Source: Bacteroidales bacterium
GTDB taxonomy: Bacteria > Bacteroidota > Bacteroidia > Bacteroidales > CAIWKO01
Direction: 5' to 3'
DNA: 64,000 bases
NCBI GenBank assembly: GCA_035389045.1
Contig: DAOORA010000005.1
Coordinates: 26,801-90,800, forward strand
The notes under the pieces are model-generated. The model did no database searches. It was given only the letters and a program-made list of their open reading frames with translations, and had not been told where the DNA came from. Below are positions 8,979 to 19,300 of the stretch, in pieces. Every line of letters starts with the position of its first letter. Within the stretch, counting starts at the first letter, position 1. A program made the position numbers and the translations under genes.

Positions 8979-10715
8979 ATGAAGAAACTGACATTTTTAA
9001 TTTTGGTTTGTTTTGGCAGCCTCTGTCTCCATGCTCACCCTGTTGACCAGGCACAAGCTGTAACTATAGCCCAAACATTTTATTATAGTTATTTAAATAT
9101 AACGGATGCAATTAAAGACGGGCCCGCTGTGACAGGCACTGAAAACTATTATACCGGCAATACTCTGGCTTTCTATATTGTCAATTTTAGTAATAAGGGA
9201 TGGGTGATGGTATCTGCCGATGATGATTACTATCCGGTGATAGGTTATTCTGACGAAAGCAATCTGAACCTGACCGCTATTCCTCCGGCGATGCGCTGGT
9301 GGCTTGACGGACAGTTTTCGGGAACTCCCAGAGCGTCAGAAGCAGATTATGAATATGCTACAATGATAAAAAACGCATGGAAAAAATATTCCGGAGGAAA
9401 TCTCACCAAAAACAGTTCTAAGGTTCTGGTGGCTCCCCTTCTGGACAGTAAATGGGATCAGGGCAGCGGATATAATTTTCATTGTCCGGAGTTTGCTTCC
9501 GGGCCCGGAGGAAGATGTTATGCCGGTTGTGTGGCCACTGCTATGGCTCAGATCATGTATTATCATAAATATCCCGAGCACGGATTTAACACTCATTCAT
9601 ACAGCCACGTTTTTTATGGCATCATCAGCGCCAACTTTGCTGAAACCACATACGACTGGAATACCATGACCAATATAATCAATCCTTTGAGTAAAGAAGC
9701 TATCTCAACTCTTATATATCACTGCGGTGTTTCGGTCAATATGAATTATACCCCCCTCTCTTCGGGTGCCGGTTCCGGTGATGTTCCCGAAGCGATGATC
9801 AGCCATTTCAATTATTCAAACCGGATGAAATACCTTCAGAAAGGCGAATTCACCAATGAAGTGTGGAATGAAATGCTGATTGACAACCTCCAGATGGAAC
9901 TGCCGGTGTATTACAGCGGATCTGGCAGTGCCGGAGGACATGCTTTTGTATGCGACGGCGTGAAGGACTCAAGTTTTTTTCATTTCAACTGGGGATGGAG
10001 CGGCAGCGGTAACGGATATTTCTATCTCAGCAACCTGAACTCCGGCAATGGCAATTTCAGCAGCAGCCAGGCCGCCGTGATGAATATCGCGCCTTACTTT
10101 TATCCGTATTGTTTAGGAAAAAAAGAGTTTAATGCGAAACAAAAAACCTTTCATGACGGCAGCAAATATTCACTTTACTGGAATGATACGGATTGTGAAT
10201 GGCTGATAGCGCCCGACAACGACCAGCCTATTACATTGATATTTAACTCATTTGCTACTGAACAGGGGCATGATTTCCTGAGTATTTATGATGGCGCAGA
10301 TGCCACAGCGCCGCTCATCGGCCAATACTCCGGCCATGACCTCCCCCCCACGGTGGTTTCGACAGGCAACCGGCTGTATTTGAGATTTACAACCGACAAT
10401 GCCGGACAGGACCAGGGATGGACCGTCACCTACTCCACTGATGTTACAGGTATTACTGTAAATGATGAAAATCAAGAACTGACGGTGTTTCCCAATCCCG
10501 CCACGGATCATATCACTATCATGATGCCTTCGGGCATAAGTTCTCCTGAGATTACGTTCTACGATCTGACCGGAAAACAACTATTTGCGCCGGTTTCTGT
10601 TCAGAATCCCGGGCAAATTGTTGCCAATATAAAGGCTTTTTCGGAAGGATTTTATCTTGTGAAAGTTATCAGTGAAGACAAGACTCTTATTGATAAGTTT
10701 TTGATACAACGTTAG
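8979..10715 (+). CDS. Peptidase C10 (streptopain-like) family cysteine protease with CUB domain and T9SS C-terminal sorting domain
   Basis: 578 aa with a signal peptide and an N-terminal Spi-inhibitor-like propeptide. The catalytic Cys context is 'GCVATAMAQIMYYHKYP' and the His context is 'GGHAFVCDG'. It has a CUB-like 'DFLSIYDG' and a Por-type CTD 'FPNPATDHITI...GFYLVKVISEDKTLIDKFLIQR'. Confidence 0.9.
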   Translation: MKKLTFLILVCFGSLCLHAHPVDQAQAVTIAQTFYYSYLNITDAIKDGPAVTGTENYYTGNTLAFYIVNFSNKGWVMVSADDDYYPVIGYSDESNLNLTAIPPAMRWWLDGQFSGTPRASEADYEYATMIKNAWKKYSGGNLTKNSSKVLVAPLLDSKWDQGSGYNFHCPEFASGPGGRCYAGCVATAMAQIMYYHKYPEHGFNTHSYSHVFYGIISANFAETTYDWNTMTNIINPLSKEAISTLIYHCGVSVNMNYTPLSSGAGSGDVPEAMISHFNYSNRMKYLQKGEFTNEVWNEMLIDNLQMELPVYYSGSGSAGGHAFVCDGVKDSSFFHFNWGWSGSGNGYFYLSNLNSGNGNFSSSQAAVMNIAPYFYPYCLGKKEFNAKQKTFHDGSKYSLYWNDTDCEWLIAPDNDQPITLIFNSFATEQGHDFLSIYDGADATAPLIGQYSGHDLPPTVVSTGNRLYLRFTTDNAGQDQGWTVTYSTDVTGITVNDENQELTVFPNPATDHITIMMPSGISSPEITFYDLTGKQLFAPVSVQNPGQIVANIKAFSEGFYLVKVISEDKTLIDKFLIQR

Positions 10716-10727
10716 TTATAGTACTAT

Positions 10728-10793
10728 AAGGGGATGTCTCAGAAGGATTTTGTGCATAGATTATTATAATACCTTATGGGACATCCTTTTTTT
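10728..10793. terminator. Possible bidirectional terminator hairpin between convergent genes
   Basis: AAGGGGATGTC (10728-10738) pairs with GACATCCTT (10780-10788) with one bulge, followed by a T-run. The long loop lowers confidence. Confidence 0.4.
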
Positions 10794-11440
10794 CAAAATT
10801 CATAGCCGATCAACAGCCTGAAATTGTTTTCCTTCGCTTTTTTATCTGTGCCTTTGTGGATATCGGCGAGTCCGTACCAGCCTTCAATACCAACCGTGAA
10901 ATGTTTATACCGGAAACGAAACTGTAAGCCTGCGTTATAGCTGAACAGATTGGTAATATCGTTGATCTTTGAGGCAGGAATAGAGGTTTCCCTGATGTAA
11001 CGTTCGGTAGCGGTAATGACATATTGTGCCTTGACCAGCGGGGTGATCTGAAACATATTGGCAAGGTCGAAAGCAAGTCCGGCCCCAGCTTCTATGGATG
11101 AAAATGACACTATATCATATTCGCCGATATCATTTTTTTTACTTTTCCCTCCAAAGGTATAATAGCCGATAAATGTTTTTATCTTTAAGCTGTTCCGGCT
11201 TCCGCTGAAGTCTCTGATCCTGATGTCGTAATGCAGCCGCAGGCAGGGCTGAATCCAGAAACGGTTGTAATGCACCATAGTGTCGTTGCCTGAGTTTGTC
11301 TTTCCGGAAAGATTCATCATATTATATCCCATCCCGGCATCAATGCCCAGTCCGGCAGGTGTTTTTTTTGTTTCCTGGGCAATAAGTGAAGAAAGACACA
11401 AAAACCCGGCACAAAGAAACAGGAGCAACTGTTTTTTCAT
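10793..11440 (-). CDS. Outer-membrane beta-barrel (porin-family/OmpW-like) protein
   Basis: 215 aa with signal peptide 'MKKQLLLFLCAGFLCLSSLIAQ', alternating beta-strand pattern, and C-terminal 'LLIGYEF'. Confidence 0.7.
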   Translation of the reverse strand: MKKQLLLFLCAGFLCLSSLIAQETKKTPAGLGIDAGMGYNMMNLSGKTNSGNDTMVHYNRFWIQPCLRLHYDIRIRDFSGSRNSLKIKTFIGYYTFGGKSKKNDIGEYDIVSFSSIEAGAGLAFDLANMFQITPLVKAQYVITATERYIRETSIPASKINDITNLFSYNAGLQFRFRYKHFTVGIEGWYGLADIHKGTDKKAKENNFRLLIGYEF

Positions 11441-11520
11441 GTTTATGAATTTGGTTGCAAATTTAGCATTTCTGTGACGTTTGCCTTAGTAATGCCGATA
11501 TTTTTAAGAAATAGGATTTA

Positions 11521-13479
11521 TCAGCGGTTCACAATGATGCGGGCAATTTTCTGCTGATCTTTGTAATTTATCCTGATCATATAAAAGCCCTTACCATGGC
11601 TTCCAATGTCTACTTTCACAATGTTTTTTTCCGGTTTAAATCTTAAAATTTCTCTGTCCAGGATATCTGTTATGCGGATTTCATCGGCTACTATTCCTGA
11701 ACTGATGGTAAATTCTCCGTTTCCGGGATTGGGAAATACAGCCAGTACAATGTCGGGATCCCGGTCAGCAATACCATACGTTGTAATGCTGTGGCACGAG
11801 GAGGTATCTGAGCAAGGTCCGTCGGTGATCACCACGGCAAAGTTACCGTTTGAGGAAGGAATGAAACTTTGCCCGTCGGCGCCAGGTATTATAGCAAAAG
11901 CATTATCGCAATCTACCCATTGCCAGGTCACACCTGATGCGTTGGCTGTGAGTGTGATGCCATTTTGCAGTACACTTGTATCAACAGTATTTATGGTCAG
12001 GTTGAATGTGATGATACTGTCACAGCCGGCCATATTTGAAATCGTATCTATATAAATACCGGAGCTGGTCCAGGTATAGTTTCCGCTGGGTGATGTATAA
12101 CTGAAACAGGCTTCATCCATTAAAGAAGAGCTTGTGCCCGGACAGGTACATGTCATCAGGGGGGCCGGAAATACGAATTCATCATATCCGACAGTTCCTG
12201 TCCTGGTGCCATTAAAACCACTAACAGAATCAATCAGGTTGCCATCGAAGTGCCACAGCGCATTCAAACCTGTAGAAGAAGAAAATTCAGAAGGATATTT
12301 CCTGCATTTGTTGCTGTTTATCTCGGCATTGGTGCGGACCACGGACCATAATCTCAACTCTTCGATAATTCCTGATCCGGGGTCAGCATTTCCCCGCCCT
12401 ATGCGCATTTCGTTGGTTGAAGTACCTATAGCCGTAGTACAGGGAACCACTGAGATGAGTGCCCCGTTTTTATAAAACCTCACATTTGTATTGTCGTAGG
12501 TGACGGCCAGATGTGTCCATTCTCCGGCATTTACAGTTAAACCAACAGAGGTGATAATTGTGGATTGTACTCTGAAAAACGGCACTCCTGAAGCATTGAT
12601 ACCCAATTGGTAATCGAAGCTGCCCCCCCCCTTGTTCAGGACCGTATTGGATGTAGTGAGGCCTCCCGGTTTTACCCACGCCTCAATAGTGACGTTGGTC
12701 AAACCATTCATAGCCGGTACATATGGAATGCTCACATAATTAGTATTTACTCCCGGAGTGGGCAGTGATAATCCGAAGTTGGCTTCGCCGCACTCAGAGT
12801 TAAGGTTCCATATTGCGGCAACTTCGGCATCGGACAAGGCTCTTTTATACAGCCTGAATTCATCCATAAAACCTGTAAGGGACACACTCGAACCGTAGCC
12901 GCCTACTTTGAAGCCGGTACCTGCGCCTAAATTCAGCGGAGTCTGGCTGACCGTATTATCCAGCACGCCGTTTTTATAGGCTTTAATCGCCGAGGTTGCC
13001 GAATCATAGACGAAGGTCACGGTTGTGGGCGCAGGCCCGATACCGGTCACCGTCACATCGGTAATCCCGTTTCCTCTCAGGATCAGATTATTCTGTCCTG
13101 CAACACCGCCCTGGAAACACCGGAAAGAAATTCCGGCATCGCCAAAAAAATACGATGCGCTTGTTGTCGGAGAAGGAATGGATACCCACATGCTTATGGT
13201 CCAGCTTTTCTGCCCCAGATCCATATTCCATCCGGTATTTATTCCTGCTGATCCAACACCGGTGCCTTGCAAACAAGTGTCAAACTGCCCGCCCCCGGCA
13301 AGTGTCACAGAAGTCAATACAGCCATGGCATTGCCGGCATGTGGGTAACCACAGTTTGGGGTTGAAGTCGAAGTGGGGTTGTTTTCGAATTTATAATACA
13401 GCACAGGCGTCTGGGCTAAAATCCAGTTTGCCTGAATAAGTATGGCTGCCAGAATAGTTAATGCATAAGACTTTTTCAT
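11521..13479 (-). CDS. LamG/concanavalin-A-like lectin domain protein with T9SS C-terminal sorting domain
   Basis: 652 aa with a signal peptide. It has two LamG-like modules ending 'MDEFRLYKRALSDAEV' and 'IEELRLWSVVRTNAEI', and the CTD 'VFPNPGNGEFTI...GFYMIRINYKDQQKIARIIVNR'. Confidence 0.85.
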   Translation of the reverse strand: MKKSYALTILAAILIQANWILAQTPVLYYKFENNPTSTSTPNCGYPHAGNAMAVLTSVTLAGGGQFDTCLQGTGVGSAGINTGWNMDLGQKSWTISMWVSIPSPTTSASYFFGDAGISFRCFQGGVAGQNNLILRGNGITDVTVTGIGPAPTTVTFVYDSATSAIKAYKNGVLDNTVSQTPLNLGAGTGFKVGGYGSSVSLTGFMDEFRLYKRALSDAEVAAIWNLNSECGEANFGLSLPTPGVNTNYVSIPYVPAMNGLTNVTIEAWVKPGGLTTSNTVLNKGGGSFDYQLGINASGVPFFRVQSTIITSVGLTVNAGEWTHLAVTYDNTNVRFYKNGALISVVPCTTAIGTSTNEMRIGRGNADPGSGIIEELRLWSVVRTNAEINSNKCRKYPSEFSSSTGLNALWHFDGNLIDSVSGFNGTRTGTVGYDEFVFPAPLMTCTCPGTSSSLMDEACFSYTSPSGNYTWTSSGIYIDTISNMAGCDSIITFNLTINTVDTSVLQNGITLTANASGVTWQWVDCDNAFAIIPGADGQSFIPSSNGNFAVVITDGPCSDTSSCHSITTYGIADRDPDIVLAVFPNPGNGEFTISSGIVADEIRITDILDREILRFKPEKNIVKVDIGSHGKGFYMIRINYKDQQKIARIIVNR

Positions 13480-13814
13480 ATTTTTTAAAATTTAGTTGTT
13501 TCGTTGTGTAAATATATAAATTATGGAGATTGAAAGCAAGGTAATTCTCATATTTAACAATAATCCGGGGATATCATTCCTGCCGGAATTGATAAATTCC
13601 GAACTATCACGCCATAAGCATTCTAATACCGGTATAAAAAACAAACAAGAGTAACGCTGTGCCTTTATTAGATAATAATTATTTCCGGATTATATTGATT
13701 ATATGGTGATTATAAAAATCAATCCAAATAAAATATTTTCTTTAGTGTGCATAAATATGTTAGCAGTATCATTTTTAAATGATTTTGAAATATCTTTATC
13801 GAAAATTTTAAACT

Positions 13815-14927
13815 ATGAAATCTCACTTATACAAATTAAGCTTGTACTTAGCCGGTTTTGCATTATTGTTGGTTTCGTGTAAACCTATGGCCACACAGTA
13901 CAAGGAAGATGAGGATCTGGATGCTGAATATTACGAGGCGTCAGATAAGACTCCTGCCCCTGCTCCTGACTCGGCTGTCAGGGCTATGACGTGGAACATA
14001 CGTTTCGGCATAGGACGTTCGGAGTGGTTTGGCGATGCCTGCGGCAATATTACTGTATATTCTCAGGAGGATGTGCTTCCTCATCTTAATGCTGTTGTAG
14101 CCAAAATCAATGAGATGAAACCCGATATTCTGATGCTTCAGGAAGTGGACATTAATTCAAAGCGGACTTCCTATATCAATGAGCTTCAATATATTCTTGA
14201 CAACACCTATTTCAATTATGCTGCCTATGTTCCTGAATGGCGTTCACAGTATATTCCCAGTGATGGACTGGGCCGGATGGATATGGGGCTTGCCATACTT
14301 TCGCCCTGGCCCATCAACAATGCCCGGCGTATTCAACTTTCGCTGCGGGGCGACCAAAGCAGCATAGAGGTATATTTTTATCTTCGTTCGTGCATGATCA
14401 CAGCGACGATACAGATTCCCGGTTTTAAAGAATTAGCTGTGGTAAATATTCACGCTTCAGCTTTTGCCACCGATGACACCAAACATAAGCATTACCAGGA
14501 GTTCAAAGCAAAACTTGATGAACTCAATTCAGCCGGACAATATTTTCTGGCCGGAGGTGACCTGAACACCCTTCCGCCGGGCTCGACAAAAACTGATTAT
14601 TGCTTTGAAGACATGTGTCCCGGCGAGTCGTTTCATAACGAAGGTGATGACCCTATGCATAAAGCCGGCAGCGATTACACCAATGAACAAACCTGGCTGT
14701 GGCCGGTTTACGGCGCTTATAAATGTGCTCTGCCACTATCCGTTTATCTGGCCAATCAGCCGGCACATTTTACCCATACAACCCGCCCCGCAGAAACCTG
14801 GGATCGTACGCTTGATTACTTATTCACCAATCTGGATTGGATAGAAGGCTCTACAATTACTCACCAGGATGCCTTTTACGAATCCGACCACTGCCCTGTC
14901 AGTTCTTTATTGATTTTACCCAAATAA
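13815..14927 (+). CDS. Endonuclease/exonuclease/phosphatase (EEP) family lipoprotein
   Basis: 370 aa with lipobox-like 'LLLVSC' and EEP motifs 'MTWNIRFG', 'ILMLQEVD', 'NIHASAF' and 'SDHCPV'. Confidence 0.85.
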   Translation: MKSHLYKLSLYLAGFALLLVSCKPMATQYKEDEDLDAEYYEASDKTPAPAPDSAVRAMTWNIRFGIGRSEWFGDACGNITVYSQEDVLPHLNAVVAKINEMKPDILMLQEVDINSKRTSYINELQYILDNTYFNYAAYVPEWRSQYIPSDGLGRMDMGLAILSPWPINNARRIQLSLRGDQSSIEVYFYLRSCMITATIQIPGFKELAVVNIHASAFATDDTKHKHYQEFKAKLDELNSAGQYFLAGGDLNTLPPGSTKTDYCFEDMCPGESFHNEGDDPMHKAGSDYTNEQTWLWPVYGAYKCALPLSVYLANQPAHFTHTTRPAETWDRTLDYLFTNLDWIEGSTITHQDAFYESDHCPVSSLLILPK

Positions 14928-14938
14928 ATCAGAAAAAC

Positions 14939-15715
14939 ATGAAACGACTTTTAATTTGCATAATAGCTTTGCTAGTGGTTCAGGAGGTTACCGCTCAAAG
15001 TTCACCTTTTCTTAACCGGTGGAGCTACCGGACTGCCTTTCTGATGCGCAAAAACAAATATGAAAGCGGATTGGTACAGCCTTTTCGTTACGGAATAAGC
15101 AACAGGGTTGAGATCACCACCAACGTACTTCAGAACTTTGCAGTTCCCAATGCCGGGGTAAAGATATTTCTTGCTGATGCCAAGGGCTTTTATATGTCCA
15201 GCGACCATGGCCTGCAATACAATTCTTTGCTTTTCAGGTTGCTCAGCCGCAAAGGAACCGGGGGCATGTTATCACCTCAGTTCACTTTTCCGGAGATGTT
15301 TACCCTGTACAGTAATTTTCTGGTTACCAGACAGGCGTTTGATACCGCCTATGTTACGGCACGCGCAGGCTTTTTTCTGGGTATGCACAACGGTTTTCTT
15401 GACCCTCTTGCTACGGTGGATATGCCCTTGATATACCCCAGAACTTCACATCTTTTCCATACCTGCACTTTCAGACTTGGCGCTGATATCAGGGGAAAAA
15501 TAAAGCGTTCTTGGTCCTATATGTTTGACCTGCAATTCTTTGTTTTACCCGTAAAAGAGCATAATTTCTTTATGGAAAACACAGGCACTATCATGTGCAA
15601 TTTGGGTAAAAACGCAAGGATCAAAGGCGGCTACAAACTATGTTACGGTGACTATCCTTTCGGAAAACAATGGCATCTTTTACCGACAATGGATATAGTC
15701 TTTGGGAGTAAATAA
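14939..15715 (+). CDS. Hypothetical secreted / outer-membrane protein
   Basis: The ORF track starts at 14837, inside the previous gene. The ATG at 14939 gives a clean signal peptide 'MKRLLICIIALLVVQEVTAQ'. The body is beta-rich. No family recognised. Confidence 0.6.
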   Translation: MKRLLICIIALLVVQEVTAQSSPFLNRWSYRTAFLMRKNKYESGLVQPFRYGISNRVEITTNVLQNFAVPNAGVKIFLADAKGFYMSSDHGLQYNSLLFRLLSRKGTGGMLSPQFTFPEMFTLYSNFLVTRQAFDTAYVTARAGFFLGMHNGFLDPLATVDMPLIYPRTSHLFHTCTFRLGADIRGKIKRSWSYMFDLQFFVLPVKEHNFFMENTGTIMCNLGKNARIKGGYKLCYGDYPFGKQWHLLPTMDIVFGSK

Positions 15716-15806
15716 AAGGCAAACCGTATTCAGAATCAATCATACTCAATAAAATATATGACCTCACGCTGAATCATACTTTGAGTGAGTGATTTTCGGT
15801 AATTTC

Positions 15807-16293
15807 TTTTTTTGAGGTGCTGGTAGAAAAAATGACGATTCAAAGTCATCGGAAAATAACATGTTTTCTTTTAAACACAATTTTGAAAGAAGACTTTAGC
15901 AGGGGCAGCGCCCCGAAATATTTGTAAGAAGTGGCACCCCTCAAAAAAGTAAGGTGCAGAGCACCGTAATATAAGATCCACCACTCAAATAATAATTAAA
16001 AATCATATGTTTTCAATGTCTTTTTGACAAATTTCCTCTATCAAAACATTTTATTATTACGGTGTAAAAACAAGATGAATTTTTTATTACCTAAAGGATT
16101 TGGACATAACCAGAAGTTTAATATTACGGTACGCTGTACCTTGTTTTTCGCACTTATTATTATTTTACAAATATTACGGTGCTCTGCACCTAACTAATAA
16201 TATTAAAAAAAATAGGGTTGCGTATTAGAAGCTATTAAATGCGTGATCTGGGGTTTTATTGTCATCAATAAATATTATTAGCACCTCAAAAAA
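15807..16293. repeat. Non-coding block bounded by inverted termini TTTTTTTGAGGTGCTGG / GCACCTCAAAAAA, packed with hairpin modules
   Basis: The left end is 15807-15823, an internal inverted copy GGCACCCCTCAAAAAAG lies at 15933-15949, and the right end is 16281-16293. The interior holds four 'AATATTACGG'-type hairpin modules and one 'AATATTTCGG' variant. There is no credible ORF. Confidence 0.85.
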
Positions 16294-16310
16294 TGATTTA
16301 GCCATTTTCG

Positions 16311-19300
16311 CTATTGTTTTACAAATTTTTTTATAATAATATTTTCCTTATCGGATATCCTGATGAAATAAACCCCGCTTGCAAGCCAGGAGGTATTGAT
16401 TTCCTTTACAGCTTGCTGCAAAACTGACGTATAAATAAGCTGACCGCGGAGATCATAAATCGTTATTGAAGCATTATTGGGTTGCCCGGCGACACTGATT
16501 GTCAATAATTCCCTCACAGGATTAGGACTTACCGCAAAACTACTTACCACGGGATTATCAATGGTGGTATTATATTGGGCAATAAAAACAGAATCGTTTC
16601 CGTAGAAGGTCCCCAGTGAATTTGTTGCTTTTACCCTGAAATGATAAAGGGTGTTGGCGCTAAGGCCACTAATGGAAGCCGAAACGGGTACAGATGTGTT
16701 TCCGCTGAGCGTATTGGGCGTTGCCGTAATTATATTCCCATAATTGGTATTTATACCATATTCAAAGCTGACGGTTGTGGGGACATTATTAGCATCCACA
16801 AATCCGTTCAGCACCGCTGAGGTAGTGGTGACAGCTGTTGCCGGAACAGTAATTACATCAGGCGGGATTTCCTGAGAAAATAAAAATGTCCGGCCTGTCC
16901 CGGGTGCCGGTCTTAGCGGCGGGTTCCCAAAATTCAGGGTAGCGGTTGAGCTGTAGTTTACATTTTCAAAAATCACCTGTGACCACTCCTGTGTCGAACC
17001 CTTGCGGGCTACCAGCAACTGTCCGTACTCCCTGCCCGGCCCTTTTAATCCCACGGCTGAAGTCTTAAAATCCGATACATTTGCTGATGCTTGCCAGCTG
17101 CCATAAACAATCTCAATTTGGTTGGTAGTTTCAAAAAGTTTTATCTGAAATGATATATTGTCGTATTGCTGAGCAGGTGTTGTGGTCTTGTCGCGAAGAT
17201 TTTTAAACTGTATCGTGCATATCCTGTCTGGTGCACTGCCGGAAGTATGCACACGGTATTCAGGAGGCGCTGTGCCTGACATCAGGTCGTGGTTGAAGGC
17301 GCTGATGATATTGACATCAGCTGGTAACAGGCTGTTGAAAATACCGCCGGAAGCATCCTGAGCCCCTGTAAAAAAAAGCGCTGCTGATGAAGGCGGTATG
17401 TTGCCGAGCTTTATAAAACCATTGGTGTTCAAAATAATTTGAGTAAAATCCATACAATTATAATGAAAAGTAAATCCGATACTCACCGGCGCAGAGTTGG
17501 CGTCATCGTAATCAGCGGTGCTGATGACATTACCGTTGGTTCCCAGATCGTTATAAACATCTGTAAAGTTTTGAGTGTTACCTGCAATATAAGCTAAGGA
17601 ACCGTTGGTCACCGGAATGACAAGTGTATCATTCGCATGGTTGCCGTCGGATGGGATGCTGGTCCATGCTGTAATCGTGTAGTTACCGGGCGACGAAAAG
17701 TCTGTGTGCTGAGCAAAGGTATAAGGTACAGAGGTGCCGGATGGTATTGGAGAGCCGTTGTATGCTTCGGTAACTATTACCCCGCCGTTTACCTGATAAT
17801 GCACCTGCAGGCCGCTGCTGACCGGGTTGGTGCCAAAGTTTTTTATCATCACGGCGGGGTGTTCTGTGGTTGTCAGCCCGCAGCCTGATGACGGGGCAAG
17901 CAATTCTTCGATGCCCGTATTAACAGGATATGCGGGGCCGTCGTTCAGATCGAAAGAAATGGTGCTGCCGGCAGCCGTAACATTTGAAATGTTGAGTGAT
18001 CCAAAACTACCGTCGGATAAAAAACATGAAGGATTGGTGTTGTTGTTTATTTTTCTCCTGTTTACGCCGGCGCTGAAATATGCATTATCAACATATCCGT
18101 TGACGGTGGAAGTGCCATAGGGCCTGTAAATATATACTTCGTCGAGAACAGAGGAGCCGTCGTAATATCCGTTTCCCATGCCATCAAAATCGCTATTGAT
18201 CCTGTAGACGATCAGTCCTGAGCCGGGCAGAGAACTCTCATAGTATCCCTCCTTTTTGCGGTATTCCACGATAAAATATTCTGTTGGCGAATTCGGGGAA
18301 TTGATGCGGTAACAATTCTGGTTTGGATTGGTGACCGGATAAAGTGTATAGTTGCCAGGGGCAGAGATCACCGGAACGGATGATATCCAGTTGCCGTAGC
18401 GGTATTTCATATAGGCTCCCATAGACTGCGGAGGGATCAGGTCGTTACCCATCAGGTCCCATGCGTCCACGGGGCTGAGGCCATCCTGACTGTAGTGGTA
18501 TAGGTCGGGAGCGCCCAAAGTGTGAAACATCTCGTGGCACAACACACCTACTCCGTTGGAAAGCAAGTAATTCCTGACCTGCAGGTTGTAATCTCCCACC
18601 TGTTTGCCGTTTATATATACAACCTGCGAATATAAAGTCCACCGGTGTGGCCACAATAAGGTATTCCATGCGGAGACATCGCCGGATATGACAAAACAAA
18701 TGTTATCCACAAAGCCATCGTTATTAAAATCAATATTCAGACCAGAAGGTATCTGACTTTTCACCGCGTTGACTGCATTGGCCAGCAAGTTATGCTCAGC
18801 GTACATCTGATCGGTATAGCCATCAGGATTCAGCAAGGCATCGTACGGCAAATAATGATCACGCGTATAGGCATCCTGGTAAGAAATGACCAAAGTGCCG
18901 GGCGAAGGGTAATATACTGAGTTGATATGCAGCTGATTATATGATGCTTCTTCAAAATAATTTTTCATAGATACATTTCCAGGGGTATTTACAAAAAGGT
19001 CGTTATACAACGAAATGCTGTCGGAGAATTCAGCTTCACCGGCAAAACGAACGAATATCACTATATTGTTCAGGGTGCCCGCAGCTTTGGTGTTTTGTGA
19101 TGAGCTGTTCTTCAGCCTTGGAGGCATATCATGAAACTTTTTTCTTAGTTGCAGTACCTTTTCTGCTGAGATATCTATTCCCGGCTGCAAGCCCGCCGCT
19201 GAAGGATTTGTCTTTCCGGCGACAAATGCCGAAGCCACAAGTTCGTTATGGATTTTAACAGCATAACAGTAATATCCTGTTTGGGAATTTCTTACAATCG

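Noticed and set aside
14837-14938. N-terminal extension of the 14939-15715 gene (ORF-track start at 14837)
   Set aside because: The extension overlaps the preceding EEP gene by 91 nt and precedes a perfect signal peptide that begins at the ATG at 14939.
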